DNA of 54,999 nucleotides, the filler included, from Basidioascus undulatus (taxonomy: Eukaryota): assembly GCA_000826855.1 (NCBI GenBank). It is 5 parts of 5 records of this genome, joined end to end, with 100 filler letters (N's around TTAATTAATTAA, not from the genome) between each part and the next. Parts side by side here need not be neighbours in the genome. Positions count along the whole stretch, not along the records: positions 11,043 to 21,964 come from JTLS01001065.1; 4 more parts are not named here. One strand, given 5' to 3'. The notes beneath the pieces are model-generated. The model did not search any database. It saw nothing but the letters and a program-made list of their open reading frames with translations, and was not told the DNA's origin. Shown here piece after piece: positions 11,949 through 22,064 of this stretch. Every line of letters starts with the position of its first letter. The stretch's first letter is position 1. Both the position numbers and the translations under genes were made by a program.

Positions 11949-12493
11949 TCACACCTGGTTCCACTGCACCAGCATGAAGTGCGGCTCCGCTGGGTCGTGC
12001 GTCTCGCAAGTGCTCCCACGCTCTAAGGTTTGATCACAAGTATCGACCGCATCGATCTCGAGCTCGCGCCGGAAGCGCGCAAAACGGGAACGCTCCTCAG
12101 CTATGGATGTGAACAGGGACGGATCGAGGCGGGTGAGGCCCTGTGCCATCCCGGAGTCTGGGCGCTCCAGCGGGCTCGTCGCCGCTGGCCCGGATGGCGG
12201 CTGCGTGTCGAGGTAGACGGGCAGGCCGACCACGGCTGCCATGCTGAGAAAGTCGTCCCAGTCCACCTCAGGGCTCTTCAAGAGTCCCACCCAACAAGCT
12301 TGTACGCGTCCAGAAGCTGGGTAGCAGGGAGCAGTCGGCACGCTCAGTGGGGAAGAGAGCACATGCGAGTGGGTTCAAATCGACGCACCTCATCATACGG
12401 GTCGTACTTTATGTCGTCGTGGACGGGACAAAAGAATGGCATTAAGACACCCTTCGCAATCCTTGCCTCCCGCTCCCTTTCAAATATCCGCAT
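11949..12493 (-). other. Hypothetical gene or gene relic divergent from U6
   Basis: ATG 12493 MRIFERERE..KYDPYDE followed by GTGCGT donor and a CAG acceptor; the downstream ORF 11949-12362 does not join cleanly in frame. TATAAAAG on minus strand at 12615-12608. Confidence 0.2.
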
Positions 12494-12607
12494 TCCTGAA
12501 AACTTCCTGCTTCCGTCCTGAGTACTTTGGGCATGGGAAAGTAATTGTAAGGAGAATGTGAGGAAGAGAGAAGAGTCAAACCTGCGGCTGCGGCCTTTTG
12601 TTTGGCG

Positions 12608-12646
12608 CTTTTATAATGCCACACTCACTCACCTAACTTCATATAT
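12608..12646. promoter_or_regulatory. TATA-like elements upstream of U6
   Basis: cttttata at 12608-12615 (TATAAAAG on minus) and atatat at 12641-12646, about 21-26 nt before the U6 5' hairpin. Confidence 0.4.
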
Positions 12647-12665
12647 GGCCGCCCACACTGGCACT

Positions 12666-12777
12666 TGCCTTCGGGCATTCATAAAATTGGAACAATACAG
12701 AGAAGATTAGCATGGCCCCTGCACAAGGATGACACGCTTTCCCAGAGAAGGATGCTGGCTTGCCAGCACATATTTTT
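12666..12777 (+). ncRNA. U6: U6 spliceosomal snRNA (intronless)
   Basis: 5' hairpin TGCC-TTCG-GGCA (12666-12677), AAAATTGGAACAAT, ACAGAGA box (12697-12703), AGC triad (12709-12711), ISL GCATGGCCCCTGCACAAGGATGAC, Pol III terminator TTTTT (12773-12777). Exact 5' end uncertain by a few nt. Confidence 0.96.
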
Positions 12778-15144
12778 GGGTCGTCTTCTGTCAATCCCCA
12801 AGCAGCAGGGAGACCATTCAAGCCTCACAGCAACTTTGCGCGCATTGTTTTACTCTCTTACAACTCATTCTTTCAGTATGGAACGTTTAGACGAGGCTGC
12901 CAATCAGAGTCACTCAATGGAAGCCATTCAGACTTGTGCACCCTTAGCATCTTCCTTTTCGGTAATGTCTTCCTCAGCCAGCACTGGCCCATGTTTCTCA
13001 ATGGTCAGAGATGCAGTGGCTCTTACAATGTTACTGACTGATTATATTGAGAGCTGAAACCCTGACTTTGTTTCACGTCAGTGTTAGAAAGTAGTGAGGG
13101 TGCTCTCTTTTTCCCCTGAGGCAGTCTGGACAGCAGTCCAACTTCGCTCTCCCATGCTGGGCTATCTGGGACGATGATCTGATGATTTATCTGTATAATA
13201 TTTGTGTTCTTGTTTAGAATAAATAGGTGAAGGTGTACGCACTGAGTGCCAACCCTGCCCGGGCAGGTGATCGTGAGTAGACGGCGGCTGCCCTCCCAGC
13301 TCAGGCAAGAAGACGCATGAGGCTGAGTTGGAGCTTCGGCCTTAACTCCATTAAATGTTATTATGTATGACTGTTGAGGCTAAGTTTCTTCTTCCCGGGT
13401 TGTAGTGCGGGCACAGCAACAAGGTTTTCGACAAGATGATCAAAGTCAACCTGTATCGGTCGTTCCATGTCTTCTGGTATACCCATTAATCATTCGGCCA
13501 CCACGCTGTCATCTGAGACCTCCTTCAGCCCTTCTAACTGCAGCAAAGTCACTGGCCCTTGGATTGTCCTCGCGGAGGCCTCTTCGTCCGGCCGGGTCGA
13601 CGGCAAGTCGACCATCTTCATCAGTACCCTTAGCGGGCTCGTTTCTAAGAATTACGTTTACTTTCCTTCCTTTAAACCATGTTCTCCTCTCCTTCTCTGA
13701 AAGATCTGATATTTGGGCAACGCACTGCGTCGCTGTAGCCGGAACAAGCAGTGCGCGTACAACGCAGAATGAGTTGGAAGAGCTGCAACACCCTGGGTTT
13801 ATCTTCAGTTTATACGTATTAATCTAAACAAATTTGGCTCTGTCTCGCAGTAAAGCAGCAGTGTTAATGCTGAGTAATCACTTGCTAGTGGCTGAACCAC
13901 GCGACGCAGCCACTTGAACACCATCTCGTCGGTACCGGACTTTTTTTTACTATTGCCGATGGCTCAGGCGCTGAAAGCGAGAGCTTAATCGCAGGGGTTA
14001 TTGCTACAGACACGCGGATCAACAATTCCGCCAACAAGCCTGGCCAGAAGCGTGCAGAGGCGGACGCCGCTGGGACGGTGCACTTCGTTTTTCTGATGTC
14101 AACTGTCTGACAATCATATACTCATGAACTTTCATGTTACAGCGTTGGAGTCCTGAGGAGGTGGCACACGCTGCCTTGTTTCTCGCAAGCGACCTTGCCG
14201 TAAGCCTGCTGAATTGATAAGCGAGTATGGGGACGCGCACATGCCACTTCAAAGTCCTCGGGTGGTCAATGGGTAGAGCCTCATCACTGGCACCGATGTA
14301 GTTGTGGATGGGGGCTACACTATCTTCCGAGGACCTCTGGGAGCCTGGCGAAATCCCTTGCGGAGATGCCAAACGCAGGATGGCAGTGCCACGTAGTCGT
14401 CAAAATGCAATAGGTGTGGACGTCGCTCAGTCTCAAAAAAGCAAGCCAACGATTAACAATTTCCGGACCGTTTGTTCAAAGCAAATCTGTGTCTTTGTGC
14501 CTCTTCCCAGTCTCGAGTGCTAATGCCCAGCCTGAGCGACACTGAATGTCTTTGTCAGGACAAGCCTGGTGTCGCCAACTCGGCCAGCTGAAGACATCCT
14601 TCCAGCAAACCCAAAGGCAGGGTAGCTCTGAAGCTCTGGTAATCTCATCCAAAAAAGAATCCTTACGTCTGGCGTCGGGCGCTGCGTGGAAGACGCGTTG
14701 CGCCTCGCTCACCTCCAGCATGGCTTGCCTTAGACTCAGTGTGATTCAAACACAGAACAATAGCGACGGCTGCTGGAATCGAAGCCCGGAAGGCGTGTGT
14801 GGTTCATTACTGTTACCGCGATACCTGTTGACAGGTGCTATGACTACTCCGCCGAGTAAAGGGACGCCAGACGATGTGTGACGATTGAACATGCTTACCC
14901 AACCTTTTGGCCTGCCGTTGCTGAATACATCAGATGATGATACATCATATTGCAGTGTAGGTTCTGGGGCACATTTTTCCTAGTCAGGCCACGGGAGGAC
15001 AACACTGGGCGTGACTGCAAATAAAAAATGGCCGACCCTTCGCTCACCGAGATTCCCACGAGTTTCCTCGCGCGGGCAGAACTTCGACGAGCAGCTTCCT
15101 GGTTGAACCTGTACCTTCACTCACTCGCACTTTATACTTCCAAT

Positions 15145-17624
15145 ATGCCTCGCATTCGCAAGAGTACGCTAAATTTACAGAAGAAACGGTCTACCGCGCC
15201 GTTTTGCAGCAGCTGACGGCGGTCAGCTGGTCACCACAGAGACGTCCAAGCGTGGCACGACGCACCAGGGGAGGAAGATCAAGGAGAAGGCGCGCGAGGC
15301 TCGCCGCAAGAAGACCAGGGACGCCAAGCGCGACCCGACGTGGAAGTCCAGTGCGTATTCTGAAATTTGGGGAGCCGGGCGTGCTTCATCCAGCCCAGAA
15401 ACAGGCTGATTGCTGGCGCTTTGGGACGAGCAGAGAACAAGAAGAAGGAGGACCTGGGCATTCCGAACAGCGCTCCGTTCAAGGAGCAGGTTCTCGCCGA
15501 GATCGAAGCTGGTCGTCGGGCGGTACGTTCCAATAGTCTTGCTCTGATTTGTCGCGGTTTGCCGATGGGAGGAGCTGGTTGTGTTGCAGGCTGAGGAGGC
15601 CAAGCTCGCCCGGCGCGAGGCGAAGCGGCGCGAGCGTGAAGGCCTTCCTGCGGCGGAGCAGCTCGTGGAGGATGAGGAAGCGCAGGGCATGGACGAGGAC
15701 GACGAGGAGGCGCCCACGTTGGTCAACAACGCGCTCGCTGCGCCGGCGCCTGCCGACCTGGGCGCCGCGCTCGACGGCGCGGACGTCGTGCTGGAGGTCC
15801 TCGACGCGCGCGACCCGATAGGTTTCCGCGTGGAGGCGCTCGAGAAGGTCCAGGAGGAGGGAAAGAAAGTCGTTCTGGTGCTGAACAAGGCTGGTGCGTC
15901 TGTTGTTGGGGTGAATTGTTGCTTTCGACGGGCAGCTGCTCACCTGTCATATCGTTTGGGATGGCCGAAAAGACCTCGTCCCCAGGGAGACCATCTCCGC
16001 CTGGCTCGCACACTTCCGCCCGCACTTCCCCACCTTCCTCTTCTCGTCACAACCGCCCGCACCGGCCGGCGCGGAGACCTCTTCGGCGGCTAAGCAAGAT
16101 CCGCTCGGCGCTGCGGCGTTGAAGGAGTTGCTGCTGGAATGGGCCAAGGAAAAGAAGGGGGACGCTTCTCTCAGCGTGGTCGTCGCTGGCTTGCCGAATG
16201 TGCGTTTGAGGTTTCTTCTTCCTGATCTGGAGGACAGTGCGCTCAAGGGTGGCTCGTTCCCTCAGGTCGGCAAATCCGCGCTCCTCAACTCGCTCCTCCC
16301 CTCGCCCTTCTTCCGTGTCGCCTCCGCCAATCCCTCTGCCGCCACCGCCAAGACGCCTACGACGACGACTGTCCGCCTGTCTGCTGCGCGTCTTTCTCTT
16401 GCATCGTCGGACGACGCGCCCGAAGCAATCGTCGTCGATACCCCTGGTGTTTCTTTCACCTCTCCCTCGGCCGACCCGACTGGCGACATGCTCCGCCGCA
16501 ACCTCGGCAAGGTCGAGCGCATCAAGGAGCCTATGGCGGCAGGTGCATAGGCTAAATGGGCGGTAGTACAGGAGATCGGCGCTGATAGTGTGGAGTTTTG
16601 CGCGCAGCCGAGTGGATCATGCGGAGGTCGAACGAGGAGGACCTCATGCTGCATTACAACCTCCCCGCCTTCTCCAAGGGCGACTTTGACGCCTTCCTCT
16701 CGGGCATCGCACGCTCTACGGGCCGTGTCAAGAAGGTGCACTTCGATCCTGTCCGCGTATAGCATCTCGGGCCTCGTCTAACAGCCCCTCTGTATTCCAG
16801 GGCGGCGTGATCGACTCCGTTGGTGCAGCGCGGCATCTGATCCAGAGCTTCTCGCGCTCCACTCTCCCCTACTACACCCTCCCTCCCACTCCCTCCACGT
16901 CACCCTCCACCTCCGCCGCCGCCGCCGCCGCCACGATCCTCCCCACCCCCGCCGCCTCCGTTGCTGCGGCGGACGCCGACCTCGCGCGCCTGCCGACGCG
17001 CCGAGAAGTGCGCCGGCGCGAGGGCGGCGAGGTCCGCATGCATACGCCGCCCGCTGACGCGCCGTTCGAGGGCCGCGAGCTCATCCGCACCGTCGGCGGA
17101 GAGATCGTCGCGGGGCCGAGCTATGATGAGGAGGAGCAGGATCCGGATCTGCTTGGCGTGATTGGGGATCGGGAGGAGCTGGATGAGGAGTTGGACGAGG
17201 ATGAGGAGGACGAGGAGGATGAGGTGAGTTCGAACAGGTCGTCCTTAACCGACATGCCCCACTGACATGTCGTATATCGTTGCAGGACGACGACGAGGAG
17301 GATGACGAGGAAGAGGATGAGGAGACACCCGCCCCGCCGCCGTCCCGAAAGCGGAAGGGCGCCCCTACCGCCGCCTCCGCAGCGTCCGTCAAGTTCGCGC
17401 AGAAGCACGCCGGGCCGTCCCGGCGGGCGGCGTCCGCCGCCGCCTCTGTTGGCGGCACTCCCAAGTCGATACTCAAGTCCGGCGCCGCCACGCCCACGCC
17501 GACCAAGCGCGCCAAGGTCGAGAAGGCGGCCAAGTCGAACGACATCAAGGCGCGGCCGGGGCTGAAGGCGAAGAAGGCTGCTGGCGTCGAGGGGGAGGCG
17601 TACGACTTCAACAGCTACTTCTGA
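15145..17624 (+). CDS. NUG1: Nuclear/nucleolar circularly permuted GTPase Nug1/Grn1/GNL3 family (60S biogenesis), multi-exon
   Basis: Basic N-terminus MPRIRK..KIKEKAREARRKKTRDAKR, DLGIPNSAPFKEQVLAEIE, ADVVLEVLDARDP, VLVLNKA (G4), GLPN|VGKSALLNSL (G1), DTPGV (G3), acidic tail, ends AYDFNSYF-TGA 17624. Confidence 0.92.
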
Positions 17625-18448
17625 GCGCGCTTTCGGTTTCGCTTTGTCGGTTGGGCTTTTCGTGGAGCGTTCTTGCATGTATTGCTTTGCTTTACGAGTT
17701 ACTGTGCTCTGCTGCGAGGGTGCAGGGTGTCGTGAGCTTGGGTCATCTCGCTGCGCACCTCGTGTCTGCGCTGGCGCCTCTGTCGTAACTCTGTCAGCCG
17801 AATGCTGAAACACATAAGACGCATAGTAGGTATGGCGACTGTGCACATCGTGCAATGGTCTTTCTCACGAGACTGGCATGAGTCATTTGCTCGTCCGCTA
17901 ACGCGCTTACACCGTGCTTCCGTTCTCCTGAGTGACTGCCGCCTCCTTATCGTCCAGTTTTGTCATCCCTTAAAATCATCTAGAAACAGTAATTCAGCAC
18001 AAAGGACGACGGTTGGGAAGAAAACGGCAGGCTTGCAGTTCAGGCATCTGCGGCGTAAACAAGCACAGGTTACAGCAGTGGTGTGTGGCTATTGAAAGCG
18101 CCCTCGGAGTATCCCGGGTCTATAATGGAAGGTACTGTCCACAACATCTAAAGCTTTTTCAGGACCATAACAAGTCATGCTTCGACTGGCAAGAGCGGCC
18201 GACGAAGTACGCTGGCGCGTGCACACACAACAGGCACTCACAACGGCGGAGTTGCGGAATTTTTAAGGATATTTGGGAATCGAGTTACCAACATTTTGCA
18301 AGGTCCAAAGATAGGAATTACCAGGTCGTTCGAGAAGGAGACGAGCCACGCCGAACTTGCGCGCAGCTCATGTTCAGTTGCCCCGGCCGTCCTATATCCC
18401 CAGGTGTCAGAATGTTGATTGAAAGTGTGAGGGGATGTTAACACATAC

Positions 18449-18928
18449 CTACTCGTTACTGTTGCGACCATTGTTGCCATTTTGCTTCTTATCCTCCTCC
18501 TTCTTATCATCATCCTAGTGAAAACAGCATCAGCGGAAGTTCTGAGTCCATGAGGGATGGCAGTGCAGCATCGGTCGCACTTTCTTCTTGTGCTCCTTCT
18601 TCTTTACCTCCTAAAACATGTCGTCAGGCAATGCAATATTCAACATCCGAAAGACGTGACACTGAAAACAGACCTTCTTCTTGTGCTCCTCCGGCTTCTT
18701 GTAGTGCACCTTCTTCGGCTTCTTGTGCTCCTCATGTTTCTGTTTTCTCGAGCCCAGGTCAGCTTCCGTCCCTAATATGCCTCGCAAGAGGCTTCTCAGA
18801 GCACGTTCTTGTGCTCTTTCCCGACGGTTCATCATGCTGGCGCCGGAAGCAGTGTCGAGCGACGGGACAGCCGCAGCCATGGCGGTGGTCGAGAATGCGA
18901 TGATCGCGACGATGGACGATGTACCCAT
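18449..18928 (-). CDS. Small secreted Lys/Glu/His-rich protein, spliced
   Basis: Signal-like MGTSSIVAIIAFSTTAMAAAVP, then KQKHEEHKKPKKVHYKKPEEHKKK | EVKKKEHKKK | DDDKKEEDKKQNGNNGRNSNE, with GT..AG introns between blocks; TAG at 18451-18449 (an alternative 3' exon near 18374 is possible). Confidence 0.55.
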
Positions 18929-20125
18929 TTTGGATTATTAGGAGGGGAATATGTGAAAGAGATGGGTGGATAGCTGTTGGGGTGGCTGAATGAGGACTGA
19001 AGCTCTGTCCACCGTCTGCCTTTTAACCAGAGCAGACGCCTCCTTGCGCAGCAAACCAGAGCAAGCGGCCCCGTGCCGCGCGAAGACTACCAGGGCGTTG
19101 GTGCTCCCAGAAGTGGTGGTGAACTAGGCGTTTTACGCAGTGGCATCTAGACAAGGAAGTTCCAGCGATGGCTCTGTCGCAGCGCAGCTTTCAGGGCGCC
19201 TTCAGGTTTAACCCCCGCTGTACTCCCCGCCGCATGCAAGACCGTTCTTGCTCCTACCCTTGGCTTACACTGTCAGATTGTTGTCTCTATATTGCACACA
19301 AGCAATGAATTTTATAATGCTTTGCAAGCTTGCCATAGCCTGGCCATTTTCTGCCATCTGAAATCCACCCGTTCCGCACTTTCACGCTCGGACGACGACC
19401 TTTCCAACGAACTCCGCGGGCCCTTTATGAGCAGCACCTTGTCGAAACCAGACATAATATGCATATCTGCACGAAAGCGATCGCACATCCCGTCTACCCT
19501 ACATCCGATGAGCCAGACCGAGCGCGCAGCTGTCCCTGTCCGCCATGCAGCATGGTCAAGACACTGCTGACGTCTTCCTCATCACGCCCAGAACTTGAAA
19601 TGCACACAGACGTGCAAGTCCCTCGCATTCTAGCACGAGCGTTCTCTCCTCGCTTGGTGCCCAAGCTCCTAGGCGCCTAACTCTCCACGCCCGCGCCAGA
19701 AGGATAAAAAGAAATGCGATTACGGTGCATGCGAGTGACCAGCGAGCTCAAACGACCAACAACGGGGAGGGAAGAAAGATATAAGAGCCTGCCAAGTCGG
19801 GGAAATGACATGCAAGGGTCGGGAGGATCACTAAGCGAAGACAGAGGGGCCACGGCGTGCGCGGTTGTATGTGCGGAAGGAGGGTAATGCTGGAGGGAGT
19901 GATGGACAAGGACGGGTGGGGTGAAGGTGAGGAAGAAAAGAAGTGTACAACAGTAAGTAGACATACGACGTGGGATGGGATGGACTGAAACGATGCTGTT
20001 TGGATAGTAGGATGAACGGTGGACGAAACGAGACAAGAAGCGGAAGGCGGAAAGGAAGGAGCCGAAAGGGAATACCAACGCGGACCAAGACCCAAAAACA
20101 AAACCGAAAATTAAAACAAAGCGGA

Positions 20126-21888
20126 TCACCGTCCGCCAGCTCTCCACCCATGCGGTGCGTCAAACGTCCCGTTCTGCGGGTGAGGGTGCTGGGGGAGGTG
20201 CGCGGGGGGCGGGCTCGGGCTGCTCCCGATCCCGAGCGCGCCGAGGAGGCGCGACGGCCTGAAGCGGGAGGCGGACGAGTAGGATGTGGATGGTGCGGGG
20301 AGGGCGTGGGCGTGGGCGTGGGGGTCGGGAAGGAGGTACGGTTGGAGCGGTAGTGCTGGTGCAGGGGGAGGGGGAGGGGCGATGGTGGACGTGGAGGCGG
20401 AGGCAGAGGCGGGGTTCGACTGGGACTGGTCGGTCAGGGGGGAGGGCGAGCGGCCGTTATGCGCCTGTGCGTGCGCGTGTGCATGCGCGTGGGGGTGCAG
20501 AGGGGGGTTGAACGGCGCGTGGTGCTGGTGGTGGTGGTGGTGTGCAGCGGTGGAAGTGGACGTGTGGTTGTGGCTGCTGTGGTGGTGGTGGGGCGTGGGG
20601 TGGCGCACGACGGGCGGGAGGGAGTCGTCGATGTCTTCCCAGGGGATGGTGTCGGACGCGTCCTCGTCGCCCGAGGACGTCTCCGTCCCGCGCGCGGCAA
20701 AGTGCGCGGCGAGGAAGCGCCGGAGGTCGTGCACGCCCTTCCCCGAGTAGACGCAGAACGTCGCGCGCTGGTGCGGCGTAAAGTCCTGTTCAGCGCGCCA
20801 CAGTCAATGAGCCTCCATTTCTTGGCTCGCTGAAAGACGAGAGAAAGAACACGCACCCTCGGCGGCTGCCTACAAAACTTCTGCAGATCCGAGCGCTTGA
20901 ACGCGGGCACGCCCGTGAGGCTGAGGTGCGTGAGGCGGTGCAGCCGGCTGAGGAGGTAATGCACCGCGCCGACGGAGACGTTCTCGCAGTACGAGAGGTG
21001 GATGCGCTCGAGCGCGGTGTAGTGCTCGCACAGCGCAAAGATCGCGGCGTCTGTGAGGTTGGTTACCTGCGGGGATGGGTGGCGTGGCGTGGGGAGGAGG
21101 TGCAGGGGGAAGGTGAGAGGGATGAAATGAGAGGGGGTGGGGGAAGGGGAGGAGGGAGGGAACGCACTCGGACGAGACCGATGCGCCGCAGTTTGGGGAG
21201 GTTCGAGGCGAGCTCGAAGACGGACATGTCGGTGAGATTGGGGCAGCCTAGGAGCGGTGCAGGAAAGGGGGCGTGAGATGGAGTGTTCCCCCAGCATCCG
21301 AGGGAAGGACCACACGCACATGCGAGGTCGATGTACCGCAGGCGAGTGCACGATCGCGCCAGGACCGAGATTGCACGGTCCGTCAAGCTGCCGGGCACCC
21401 CGCCATGCACCATCCCACATCAGCCTCGCGCGCCTCCCCACCCGGCCTCAACAAAGCACGCACCTCCCGACATGCCCCAAATGCAGATAGTGCAGCGCCT
21501 TCCCCAGCTTCGCGATCGCATGCACGCTCGCGTCGCTCAGCCCGGTACACTTAGCCAAAACAAGGTTCCGAATCTTCGGCGCGTGGGCAACGATGCCCTC
21601 GACCGCATCGTCCGTGAGCTGCGCGCATCCGGACAAGTCGAGGATGCGGAGGTGGTCGAACGCGCGCGAGGCGCCGGGCATGGGCACCGGGAACGCGTCG
21701 TCCGTCAGCTCGACGCACTGCGCGAGGCGCAGCTCGCGCACGTTGGTCGAGCGCGCCCAGAGCGCGGAGATCGCGGTGGAGGTTATGAGGGGCACGGAGA
21801 CGAGGTCGACTTCGAGTAGGTAGGGGCAGGAGGCGGCGAGCGCGAGGATGGGCGCGTCGGTGAGGAACTCGAGGTAGCAGAGCTTGAT
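20126..21888 (-). CDS. GRR1: SCF F-box/leucine-rich-repeat protein Grr1 (3' part; 5' lost at contig end)
   Basis: Tandem LRRs: FDHLRILDLSGCAQLTDDAVEGIV..APKIRNLVLAKC..LHYLHLGH, LRYIDLACC, LPKLRRIGLVRV, LERIHLSYC, LTHLSLTGV, FCRQPP..FTPHQRATFCVYSGKGV; His/Pro-rich tail. Confidence 0.92.
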
Positions 21889-21964
21889 CTGTGGGTGCGG
21901 AGAGGATCGGCATAAGAAGGAAGGGGAGGAACTGGATAGTGGGGAAGTGGGGAAGTGGGAGGGG

Positions 21965-22064
21965 NNNNNNNNNNNNNNNNNNNNNNNNNNNNNNNNNNNN
22001 NNNNNNNNTTAATTAATTAANNNNNNNNNNNNNNNNNNNNNNNNNNNNNNNNNNNNNNNNNNNN
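21965..22064. other. Artificial contig spacer
   Basis: 44 N + TTAATTAATTAA + 44 N. Confidence 0.99.

Noticed and set aside
12665..13057. 130-aa ORF overlapping U6
   Set aside because: Non-ATG start and runs through the snRNA sequence; spurious.
20280..20600. GGT/GCGTG(G/T) microsatellite-like repeats
   Set aside because: They encode the His/Ala/Pro-rich low-complexity tail of Grr1 on the minus strand.
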